DNA of 24,160 nt, from positions 1 to 24,160 of the IMG/VR virus record IMGVR_UViG_3300035187_000068. One strand, written 5' to 3'. Both the position numbers and the translations under genes were made by a program. This DNA is from a virus (lineage: Duplodnaviria > Caudoviricetes). Below the pieces are notes generated by a model that searched no databases, had not been told where the DNA came from, and saw only the letters and a program-made list of their open reading frames with translations. Of the stretch, positions 17,443 through 23,912 are shown one piece after another (within the stretch, counting starts at the first letter, position 1; every line of letters begins with the position of its first letter).

Positions 17443-18753
17443 TTAGAATACGCTTACTTGGAATTTAGGAGTGTATTCGAAAATCATCCTCATTGCTAAA
17501 CAATCGCTAAAGTCTGGAGAACGACCTATCAAGGCTTTTACTTTATCCTTTGGCATTACTCCTTTTTTGCCATCGTTATCTACTGACTTTTGTTTGACTT
17601 GCTCTAACTCTTGTATAATCTTTTCTTTAGTTGTGCCACTTGCATTAATAAAGATTTTATTATCGTTCATTAACTCTGCTAACTTAAAGTAGCATTGTGA
17701 TTTAAGGTTATCAAAGTTTTCCTTTTGTCTTGTTATAGGGTTTTCTAATGGAGAACTATTGTTCACAAAACCTTTGCACCTAAGTATATCTACAACACCA
17801 CCTCCTACACCATCTTCATCGACTACTATTTGCGAGTTAGGTACTTGATGCTCTGCTTGGAATTGTTTTATAATTTCAGCCACCTCAACAACTGACTTCC
17901 CATTGTATTGATGAAGTTTAACACGAAACCCATCCCAAATACCAATAACAGTACTATCAGAGCCAAAACGTGCAACATCACAAGTAATATAGTGTGGACC
18001 AGAAGGTATGTAGCCGCTATTAAAAGAATCAAGAATCTTGTCATATTCGATTAGTATTGATGGGTCATTAGAGTATTCCCAGTTACCAAATAGCAAACGC
18101 TCCTTTGAAACTGTATCTAAGGTTAAAAGGTTTTCCTTATAGTGCTTTGAGATAAATGGGTTATCGTCAATAAGGGATGCAATAAATTGTTTGTTCTTCG
18201 CTATTGTGCCGTCTACTTGTGGTTTGTAAAACTCCGAGTATGTCCAGTTCTTAGCTGGGTTACAAGTGTAAAGTACTTTAGGGATTAGTTCGTTTTCGTC
18301 AAGCTGGTATCTTATCCTTGACTTGATAATGTTTCGTGCCTTATCTTCTATCTGGTTAGCCTCGTCTATAAATGCATCTGTAATCTCTAATGAACCCAAC
18401 TCGTCAAAGTTAGGGTCGCTTGGGTAAGCATAAAGGTCTTTAAGTAGAATCACCGAGCCGTTAAATAATTCTATTTGGCTCATTTGTCCGTTATACTTAT
18501 AATGTTTACCAGCTTCTAAGCCTTGCATCTTTGCCACTTGAAAGAATGAAACCAATGTAGTTTCTTTAAGTGTCTTTAGTACGGCTCTACCTATTAAGCC
18601 TCTTGTGTTTGGGTATTTTAGTCTTTGCTTTAACTGCCAGTAACATCCTAATGCAGTCTTGCCTCCTCCAGCACCACCGCCAAATAAAATCTCATTTGTG
18701 GTTTTATCTTCAAGTAAATCTAAGGCTATTGTTTGTTTTATTGATAATTCCAT
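17443..18753 (-). CDS. terL: Terminase large subunit; start re-assigned to ATG 18753 (MELSIKQ)
   Basis: Walker A GGGAGGGKT, Walker B FIDEANQ, coupling motif TCNP, nuclease DVARFGSD and RSPDFSDCLAM; TAATG overlap with the terS stop. Confidence 0.93.
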   Translation of the reverse strand: MELSIKQTIALDLLEDKTTNEILFGGGAGGGKTALGCYWQLKQRLKYPNTRGLIGRAVLKTLKETTLVSFFQVAKMQGLEAGKHYKYNGQMSQIELFNGSVILLKDLYAYPSDPNFDELGSLEITDAFIDEANQIEDKARNIIKSRIRYQLDENELIPKVLYTCNPAKNWTYSEFYKPQVDGTIAKNKQFIASLIDDNPFISKHYKENLLTLDTVSKERLLFGNWEYSNDPSILIEYDKILDSFNSGYIPSGPHYITCDVARFGSDSTVIGIWDGFRVKLHQYNGKSVVEVAEIIKQFQAEHQVPNSQIVVDEDGVGGGVVDILRCKGFVNNSSPLENPITRQKENFDNLKSQCYFKLAELMNDNKIFINASGTTKEKIIQELEQVKQKSVDNDGKKGVMPKDKVKALIGRSPDFSDCLAMRMIFEYTPKFQVSVF

Positions 18754-19100
18754 TATAGGCTGCCAGTATTTCCAACGTAAGTTTTTTTCTCCTCCCAAGT
18801 TATGTTCATACCACCGCTTACTTCTACCTCTGTTGATTGCTTAGGCTTACCTTCTAATCTATCTAAAATTATCTCATAGGCTTTAAGGTCGCCCTTTCTC
18901 GCCTTAGCTATAATCTGCATATCTAATTGTTCTGCTATGCTAAATTCCTCCTCCTCTCCAGTTACTGGGTTTCTAACCTTAGTAACTAATTCAAGTAAAC
19001 GTAAAAGCCTTGTCTTGCTATTTTGTACTCCCTTAGGTTTACCAGCTGGATTGCCAGACACTCCTTTAGGAAATGGTTTAAGATTTTGTTCGTTTGCCAT
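18753..19100 (-). CDS. terS: Terminase small subunit (DUF5681-like N-terminus)
   Basis: NLKPFPKGVSGNPAGKPKG and ARKGDLKAYEIILDRLEGKPKQ; directly upstream of TerL. Confidence 0.8.
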   Translation of the reverse strand: MANEQNLKPFPKGVSGNPAGKPKGVQNSKTRLLRLLELVTKVRNPVTGEEEEFSIAEQLDMQIIAKARKGDLKAYEIILDRLEGKPKQSTEVEVSGGMNITWEEKKTYVGNTGSL

Positions 19101-19125
19101 ATCTCACTGAATTTTCATTGAATTA

Positions 19126-19156
19126 CAAAGTTAGCCATTAAACCATTGCAACCAAA
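19126..19156 (-). promoter_or_regulatory. Promoter TTTG-N19-TAACTTTG upstream of terS
   Basis: Full Bacteroidota consensus; the TAA of the -7 box is also the methyltransferase stop codon. Confidence 0.68.
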
Positions 19157-20177
19157 TTTGATGTGCTATTTGAGCAGTCATAACAGGGGGAACTGACATG
19201 CCTATCAAATATTTAGGTCTTAAATCTTTAAAGTTATAGTCTAAAGGATAAGTTCCTATTTTACAAAAATCACTATTAGACAAAGAATTAGGTTTGTTAT
19301 AATGGAAAATAGGGCTTGAATCAGTAGCTATAATTGTGTTACAAACTACATTAGGACTAATTTTATATGATCCAAAGTAATGCCCTTTAGGGTGAACCTT
19401 ACTTAAACTACTACCTTCTGGGCATTTTTGCCATAATTCTAAAGATTCTCCAGTTATAGGCTTACCTGTTGATCCATCTTCAATTTCTTTATAAAGTACT
19501 GGTCTTTCGTTAAAGTCTAATCTTAAAGGTTTATAGTTAAGTTCTTTTTTATACCCTGTAAAGAATACTCTTTCTCTCCTTTGTGGAACTCCCATAGAAG
19601 CGCCATTTAATAGGAATATTTGTACTTTATAGCCTGCCTGTTCCATTGTTTGAACTATCTTCTTAGAATAAGCCTTAGCATTACCTAAAATAATACCTTT
19701 TACATTTTCTAATAAAAATACTTTAGGTTGTAGTTTTATAATTGTATTACAATATTCAAAGACTAAGTCATCTAAAGTTTGTACTGCTTGCCCTTCTCTA
19801 AATTGCTTTTCTTTACCCCAAGCCTTTTCTCTACTTCCTGCCATTGAAAATGTTGAACAAGGAGGACTTCCATCTAATAAGTCTAAATTAAATAGTTCTT
19901 CTGGTAGATCAGTTCTTTTATTAAACTCCCTTATATCTTCATTAAATAAGTATTTAGGATTATGATTTGTCTTATAAATATCTGCTACTTGTGGATCAAT
20001 TTCAACTCCTCCAAGATGGGTATATCCTGCTAATTTATAACCCATTGTAGAGCCACCACCACATATAAAAGTTCCAAATACTTTAAGATTGTTTTTTTCT
20101 ATCCCTTTTGCTGGGTAACCATTTTCTAAATTCCATTTATAAGGGAACTTATGGTCATTAAATTCATATTTTATCAT
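19131..20177 (-). CDS. C5 cytosine DNA methyltransferase (orphan)
   Basis: Motif I-like FICGGG, motif IV GSPPCSTFS, motif VI LENVKG, motif VIII PQRRERVF, motif X-like IGMSVPP. No cognate endonuclease in the window. Confidence 0.93.
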   Translation of the reverse strand: MIKYEFNDHKFPYKWNLENGYPAKGIEKNNLKVFGTFICGGGSTMGYKLAGYTHLGGVEIDPQVADIYKTNHNPKYLFNEDIREFNKRTDLPEELFNLDLLDGSPPCSTFSMAGSREKAWGKEKQFREGQAVQTLDDLVFEYCNTIIKLQPKVFLLENVKGIILGNAKAYSKKIVQTMEQAGYKVQIFLLNGASMGVPQRRERVFFTGYKKELNYKPLRLDFNERPVLYKEIEDGSTGKPITGESLELWQKCPEGSSLSKVHPKGHYFGSYKISPNVVCNTIIATDSSPIFHYNKPNSLSNSDFCKIGTYPLDYNFKDLRPKYLIGMSVPPVMTAQIAHQIWLQWFNG

Positions 20178-20694
20178 TAGTTATTAGTTTCCATATTGCT
20201 TGTTCAGGAGTAGAAGCTATTTTAGATAATGCTTCTTTTACTATGTAATATTCTTCTTCAGTATATTTTAGATTAATTGACATTGAATCAGTTACATCAT
20301 CAAGACTTAGTTCTTTATTTAGGTCTGCAAATGTATCTGTTTGAAAGTTTGGTATATCTAATCCCCATTCTGTTAAAAGTTTCTCATCCCAATTATTAGC
20401 TAAATCATCATAATCCCACTCGCCATATCCTACGTTATCCTTTACAATAAACTCTTTCTTTTGTAAATCCGTAAGGTATTTAGCTTGTACTACTGGTACA
20501 TCTGTTAGCCCAGCTTCAATACACGCTTTTAATCTCATGTTGCCCCCAAGTACAACATTATTCTCATCTATTACAATAGGTCTAAGTTCCAACATTTGGG
20601 GGAAGGACTTAATAGACTCAACAAGTTGCTTGAACTTATGGTCTTTAATAATTCTTGGGTTTTCTGGGTTCGGTTTGATTTGTGATATTAGCAT
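20164..20694 (-). CDS. ParB/Srx-like N-terminal domain protein
   Basis: IKPNPENPRII, LRPIVID, LGGNMRLKAC and KDNVGYGEWD motifs; overlaps the methyltransferase start. Confidence 0.88.
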   Translation of the reverse strand: MLISQIKPNPENPRIIKDHKFKQLVESIKSFPQMLELRPIVIDENNVVLGGNMRLKACIEAGLTDVPVVQAKYLTDLQKKEFIVKDNVGYGEWDYDDLANNWDEKLLTEWGLDIPNFQTDTFADLNKELSLDDVTDSMSINLKYTEEEYYIVKEALSKIASTPEQAIWKLITNDKI

Positions 20695-20810
20695 CTGCCT
20701 TGTCTATTATATGGTTTTACTGGTTTATCTTTTGGACCAGATGTCTTTTTAGCTTTGCCGCCTTTTCTACGACCAAAACTTACTTTATTTGAGTTATTTG
20801 CCTTCGCCAT
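20688..20810 (-). CDS. 40-aa highly basic micro-protein (not in track)
   Basis: MAKANNSNKVSFGRRKGGKAKKTSGPKDKPVKPYNRQGRC; fills the NinG-ParB gap with short overlaps at both ends. Confidence 0.7.
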   Translation of the reverse strand: MAKANNSNKVSFGRRKGGKAKKTSGPKDKPVKPYNRQGRC

Positions 20811-21162
20811 ATTTTTCTATTAATTCGTTTAATTCAGTTCTTGACCATTTGTAAACCTTAACTCTTGTTGCTATTGTCTCTAATCCTTTAACCGCTTGTT
20901 CACCCAACTTGTTTACTAAGCCTATTCTATACATAGCTTGGTTTCCGTGCTTATACATATTGCACCCAGCACATTGTAAGTTGATATTCCATTCGTTAAA
21001 TCTTAAAGCTGAATATCCTTTGACTGGAAAATAATGCCCAGCTTGATTTGCATTTTGACTTCCGCAAGATATACAAGGCAAACCTTCATCTCTTTTGCGA
21101 ACGTATGCGTTAATCACCTTTTGTGTTTTTTCTAATAGCTTAGGTAATGGAGTTAATGCCAT
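20794..21162 (-). CDS. ninG: NinG/Rap-like recombination endonuclease (HNH-type)
   Basis: YVRKRD..PCISCG..AGHY..LRFNEWNINLQCAGCN..YRIGLVNK. Confidence 0.88.
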   Translation of the reverse strand: MALTPLPKLLEKTQKVINAYVRKRDEGLPCISCGSQNANQAGHYFPVKGYSALRFNEWNINLQCAGCNMYKHGNQAMYRIGLVNKLGEQAVKGLETIATRVKVYKWSRTELNELIEKYGEGK

Positions 21163-21166
21163 AAGA

Positions 21167-21197
21167 CAAAGTTAGGGGTTATGTAGCCTAAAAACAA
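21167..21197 (-). promoter_or_regulatory. Promoter TTG-N20-TAACTTTG, 4 nt upstream of ninG ATG (probable leaderless)
   Basis: Minus strand reads TAACTTTG-TCTT-ATG; the TAA is the upstream stop codon. Confidence 0.62.
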
Positions 21198-21378
21198 CAG
21201 TTCGACCATTAACCTCAAATCGCTTCTTTTTTAATGGGCTTAATCCTTGTCTTAAAGCATACTCATTAACTTTAGTTGTTCTTACTGCATAAGCTATGCT
21301 TTTAAATACGGTAACTTCTTTTGTTTCTATGTCAATCATTTTTATCGGTCTCGCATTTTCAGTTCCACTTGCTATCAT
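21172..21378 (-). CDS. Stand-alone NUMOD1/IENR1-like DNA-binding domain protein
   Basis: RPIKMIDIETKEVTVFKSIAYAVRTTKV..LRQGL pattern; start is either 21378 (ATGA overlap) or 21387. Confidence 0.55.
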   Translation of the reverse strand: MIASGTENARPIKMIDIETKEVTVFKSIAYAVRTTKVNEYALRQGLSPLKKKRFEVNGRTVVFRLHNP

Positions 21379-21473
21379 TTTCTCCATCGTTTAAATTCAA
21401 AATAAAGGTTTGCAGTTGTTATTAAAAGTAGTGCTAAAGGAACACTAATAAAGAAAAATTTAATCCATTTCAT
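21375..21473 (-). CDS. 32-aa single-pass membrane peptide (not in track)
   Basis: MKWIKFFFISVPLALLLITTANLYFEFKRWRK; A-rich leader (TAAACT-ATG); its stop overlaps the next ATG (ATGA). Confidence 0.6.
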   Translation of the reverse strand: MKWIKFFFISVPLALLLITTANLYFEFKRWRK

Positions 21474-21546
21474 AGTTTAAAGTTTAATGCCCAGCCGTTT
21501 ACATAACCAACACCCATTTGTTAATTAATATATTTAAGCTGGGCAA

Positions 21547-22155
21547 TTATTTAGATAAGTTTTTTAAATAGTCATTCATTGCGTTTCGGTTAGCCTCTTT
21601 GTCGGTATCATTTGACATTCGGTTAGTATCGCCCATAGACTTAAATTGTGCGTGTGCCTCCTCTTTAGCATTAACATACGCTTGATGCCTTTGTTCACGA
21701 TATACCTCTAACATCTCAAAAAATGTAGGCATATCCATTCTATCATAAACTTTGCCGTATTTAAACTTAGGCAAACCATCTAAGAATAACATAATGTCCT
21801 CAATAGCCAAATTATCTTCTTCAGCCGTTTCAATTAAAGCCAAACTTAAATCATAAATCTGCTCTGTATTCATTCCCACTCTTAAATTAAAATTTAAAAG
21901 AGTTCTTGTTATTTGCTTACCTAATACAGTTGCTATTTTATCGTTTCCATAAATTTTAGCTATTTGTGGCAATCGTTGGTCTTTAGGTATGTTTTGCATT
22001 ACCGACAAATGATTTGGTTCTCCCTTTTCTTTGTATCGGCACATTTGATTGTGTACCTCTCCAGTACTACCAACCGCCATTGCGTTTAAAAGCAGTTTGG
22101 ATAAACTGTTCTTCGGTAGCGTGGCTAATTCTTGATTTTGTTTGATTATTTGCAT
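21547..22155 (-). CDS. Hypothetical protein downstream of initiator (possible helicase-loader-like; start uncertain: 22176, 22155 or 22080)
   Basis: Intact ORF; EDIMLFL..KYGKVYDRMD motif; occupies the lambda-P position after the initiator. Function inferred from position only. Confidence 0.55.
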   Translation of the reverse strand: MQIIKQNQELATLPKNSLSKLLLNAMAVGSTGEVHNQMCRYKEKGEPNHLSVMQNIPKDQRLPQIAKIYGNDKIATVLGKQITRTLLNFNLRVGMNTEQIYDLSLALIETAEEDNLAIEDIMLFLDGLPKFKYGKVYDRMDMPTFFEMLEVYREQRHQAYVNAKEEAHAQFKSMGDTNRMSNDTDKEANRNAMNDYLKNLSK

Positions 22156-22822
22156 TTGGCTTATAATTTTTGTCAATAAAAGTTCCTTTTGTCATATCCT
22201 TTGCCATCCAATTTTTTGCGGTGGCAATCCAATCCCTTTTTTTGTTTCCAGTAGAATCTGACCAATTTTTTATAACCTCGTGATAGTAGGTAAAATTAGC
22301 ACCTTCATATTGAGTACCCAAAAAACTTGACTCAAATATTTTTATATCGTTATAAATACTTTCACTAAAAAGCGTGAGTGCCTTACTTTTACTTTCCTTT
22401 GTTTTATTTTCTTTGTTTTCCTTTCCTTTTATTTCCTTTTCTTTCCTTTCCTTTGCATTAGCCTCCCCAATAGCACCCCTATTAGCCCACCTATTAGCCG
22501 CCCCATTTTTGCCGCTTTCACTTAGCTTTAATCTAAGTTGTAAATGGTCCTCTAAGCGTTCGGAATAAAACTCTCCTTGTTCAATCTTAAATAGGTCAAA
22601 ATTGTGTACTACTCCATTAACTTTAACATCTGTTGATTGCATTTGCATTGTTAAAACTGGAATTAATTCTAAAGGTAAACGACCTCCAGCGTTGGCTAAT
22701 TGCTCAATGAGAAACCAATAAATTCCGTAACCTTCCATACCAAGTTGATGCCTAAGAAATAAAATCTTAGTATCATTAGCCGCATTGTAATCATGGCTAA
22801 AATAAAAACTATTATTTTTCAT
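22067..22822 (-). CDS. Phage replication initiator-like protein (DUF4373 / Lin1244-like N-terminus); start re-assigned to ATG 22822
   Basis: YFSHDYNAANDTKI..GMEGYGIYWFLIEQL N-terminus; SESGKNGAANRW and Lys/Glu linker; C-terminal KRDWIATAKNW. Confidence 0.78.
   Translation of the reverse strand: MKNNSFYFSHDYNAANDTKILFLRHQLGMEGYGIYWFLIEQLANAGGRLPLELIPVLTMQMQSTDVKVNGVVHNFDLFKIEQGEFYSERLEDHLQLRLKLSESGKNGAANRWANRGAIGEANAKERKEKEIKGKENKENKTKESKSKALTLFSESIYNDIKIFESSFLGTQYEGANFTYYHEVIKNWSDSTGNKKRDWIATAKNWMAKDMTKGTFIDKNYKPNANNQTKSRISHATEEQFIQTAFKRNGGW
22382..22504. repeat. Putative replication origin: four 12-bp iteron-like repeats plus strand-skewed tract
   Basis: ATTAGCCTCCCC / AATAGCACCCCT / ATTAGCCCACCT / ATTAGCCGCCCC at 22457, 22469, 22481, 22493, next to a ~73-bp pyrimidine-rich tract (22382-22454), all inside the initiator gene. 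Confidence 0.6.
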
Positions 22823-22908
22823 AAATAAAAAGGCTCTCGGCATCCCCCCCAGTAGGATTAGGGGTTCAGCTTTGAGCCAATAAGTTTAATAATGGATATC
22901 CTACATCC
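22823..22908 (-). ncRNA. Candidate structured 5' leader / attenuator with complementary loops
   Basis: Hairpin 1 is GGAU[GUAGGAU]AUCC. Hairpin 2 is GGCUC..GC..CCCC[UAAUCCUACU]GGGG..GC..GAGCC, followed by UUUUUAUUU and the AUG. Confidence 0.55.
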
Positions 22909-22912
22909 GTTA

Positions 22913-22944
22913 CAAATATACTATACTAACCTATACTTAGCAAA
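22913..22944 (-). promoter_or_regulatory. Promoter TTTG-N20-TATATTTG for the replication genes
   Basis: Exact Bacteroides -33/-7 consensus and spacing. Confidence 0.75.
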
Positions 22945-23115
22945 TTGCTTTTTACCATTGTGTTCTATTTCAGTTACAATTTTTAAACCTTCCTCTTTTA
23001 GTTTGTAAATAACCGCTGCTAATCTAAAGCAACCAAATTTATTTAGTGCTTGAATTGGGGTAATTGTCTTTCTGCTTAATAGATACTTTTTGATTTGTTC
23101 TTTTTGAGTTTTCAT
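22921..23115 (-). CDS. Small winged helix-turn-helix protein (HTH_39-like)
   Basis: TQKEQIKKYL...ITPIQAL..FGCFRLAAVIYKLK..G..I.T pattern. Confidence 0.8.
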   Translation of the reverse strand: MKTQKEQIKKYLLSRKTITPIQALNKFGCFRLAAVIYKLKEEGLKIVTEIEHNGKKQFAKYRLV

Positions 23116-23139
23116 AGTTGTTAATTTTTTGTTAATGTT

Positions 23140-23421
23140 TTAAAATGGCATATTATCGTGGTCTTCTTGTTCTTGTTTGTTTGTATTTGCGTATTCTTTT
23201 TTAGCATCGAATTTATATTCTTTGCCTCTTCCGCAATACTCTTTTTTCTTCTTTTCTGCTCGTTCTTCTTGAGTTTGATTATTCCAAACGGTAACTGTAT
23301 TTCCTTTATCATCTGGTTCTTTAAGATAATCTACTGCAATGTTTGCGTAATGTTTTACTCCAGATTTAGTTTGTACTGGTTTCCATTTAATGTCTTCTTG
23401 ACAAATGTTTAATACTTTCAT
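23140..23421 (-). CDS. Putative single-stranded DNA-binding protein
   Basis: 93 aa; beta-rich core (KSGVKHYANIAV..PDDKGN..QTQEER..YCGRGK) and acidic tail ending EDHDNMPF, like SSB C-termini. Confidence 0.5.
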   Translation of the reverse strand: MKVLNICQEDIKWKPVQTKSGVKHYANIAVDYLKEPDDKGNTVTVWNNQTQEERAEKKKKEYCGRGKEYKFDAKKEYANTNKQEQEDHDNMPF

Positions 23422-23422
23422 T

Positions 23423-23590
23423 TTAATTGTTTTTATTGATTTGTAATTCGTTTACTTGTTCTTCCGTCTTTTGGTCTTCTATAAGTTCTTCTTCGTCTTC
23501 TTCTTCCCAGTCGCAATGCTCTAAACAATCTGGGCATAAATCAATTTCTGGCATATCGGTATAAGCTCCGCAGCATGTTGAAAATGGCAT
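23423..23590 (-). CDS. 55-aa Cys-rich (Zn-binding) acidic protein (not in track)
   Basis: MPFSTCCGAYTDMPEIDLCPDCLEHCDWEEEDEEELIEDQKTEEQVNELQINKNN; stop lies 1 nt before the next ATG. Confidence 0.75.
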   Translation of the reverse strand: MPFSTCCGAYTDMPEIDLCPDCLEHCDWEEEDEEELIEDQKTEEQVNELQINKNN

Positions 23591-23593
23591 AGT

Positions 23594-23662
23594 TTATTTT
23601 TTTATATTATTAATCGCATCCATAATACACAATAAAATTATAATTAAGCAAATCCATTTCAT
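23594..23662 (-). CDS. 22-aa hydrophobic micro-peptide (not in track)
   Basis: MKWICLIIILLCIMDAINNIKK; fills the gap between two genes with 4- and 3-nt spacers. Confidence 0.45.
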   Translation of the reverse strand: MKWICLIIILLCIMDAINNIKK

Positions 23663-23666
23663 GATT

Positions 23667-23912
23667 TTAATTTGAGTATTCTTCAAATGTTTCAGTCCAG
23701 TCAGACATCCTAACTGAGATTTGTCTTTGTGGTGGAGTTGGTGGCACTAATAAATGTGGCATGTATTTAACTTTAAATTCCTTTAATGCTTCCTTAGCAC
23801 CTAATAACTTTTGTTGAGTTAATCTGGCTTCGTGTGGTTTGCAAGTATCAAACTTATACTGCCAAAATTTAACATTTTCCCTTAAGCCTTCTAAAATTAC
23901 TAAAGTATTCAT
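23667..23912 (-). CDS. Hypothetical protein (81 aa); start re-assigned to ATG 23912
   Basis: MNTLVILEGLRENVKFW...; TAATG overlap with the upstream stop. Confidence 0.7.
   Translation of the reverse strand: MNTLVILEGLRENVKFWQYKFDTCKPHEARLTQQKLLGAKEALKEFKVKYMPHLLVPPTPPQRQISVRMSDWTETFEEYSN

Noticed and set aside
19131-21162. Methyltransferase plus HNH nuclease as a restriction-modification pair
   Set aside because: The nuclease has NinG/Rap motifs and is separated from the methyltransferase by two genes; orphan methyltransferases are common in phages.
22382-22504. Short repeats as a CRISPR or mini-array
   Set aside because: They are 12-bp degenerate tandem units without spacers, inside a CDS.
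22823-22908. tRNA or known riboswitch in the initiator leader
   Set aside because: No cloverleaf, T-loop or CCA, and no aptamer consensus I recognise; kept only as a candidate new structure.
23121-23312. 63-aa minus-strand ORF in the track
   Set aside because: Out-of-frame overlap with the better supported 93-aa gene; low-complexity Lys/Asn product.
1359-23412. All plus-strand ORFs in the track (e.g. 1359-1556, 3727-3966, 8613-8939, 9183-9602, 9666-10058, 14565-15107, 16428-17192, 22374-22568, 23158-23412)
   Set aside because: They are antisense shadows of well-supported minus-strand genes, mostly with non-ATG starts and no recognisable motifs.
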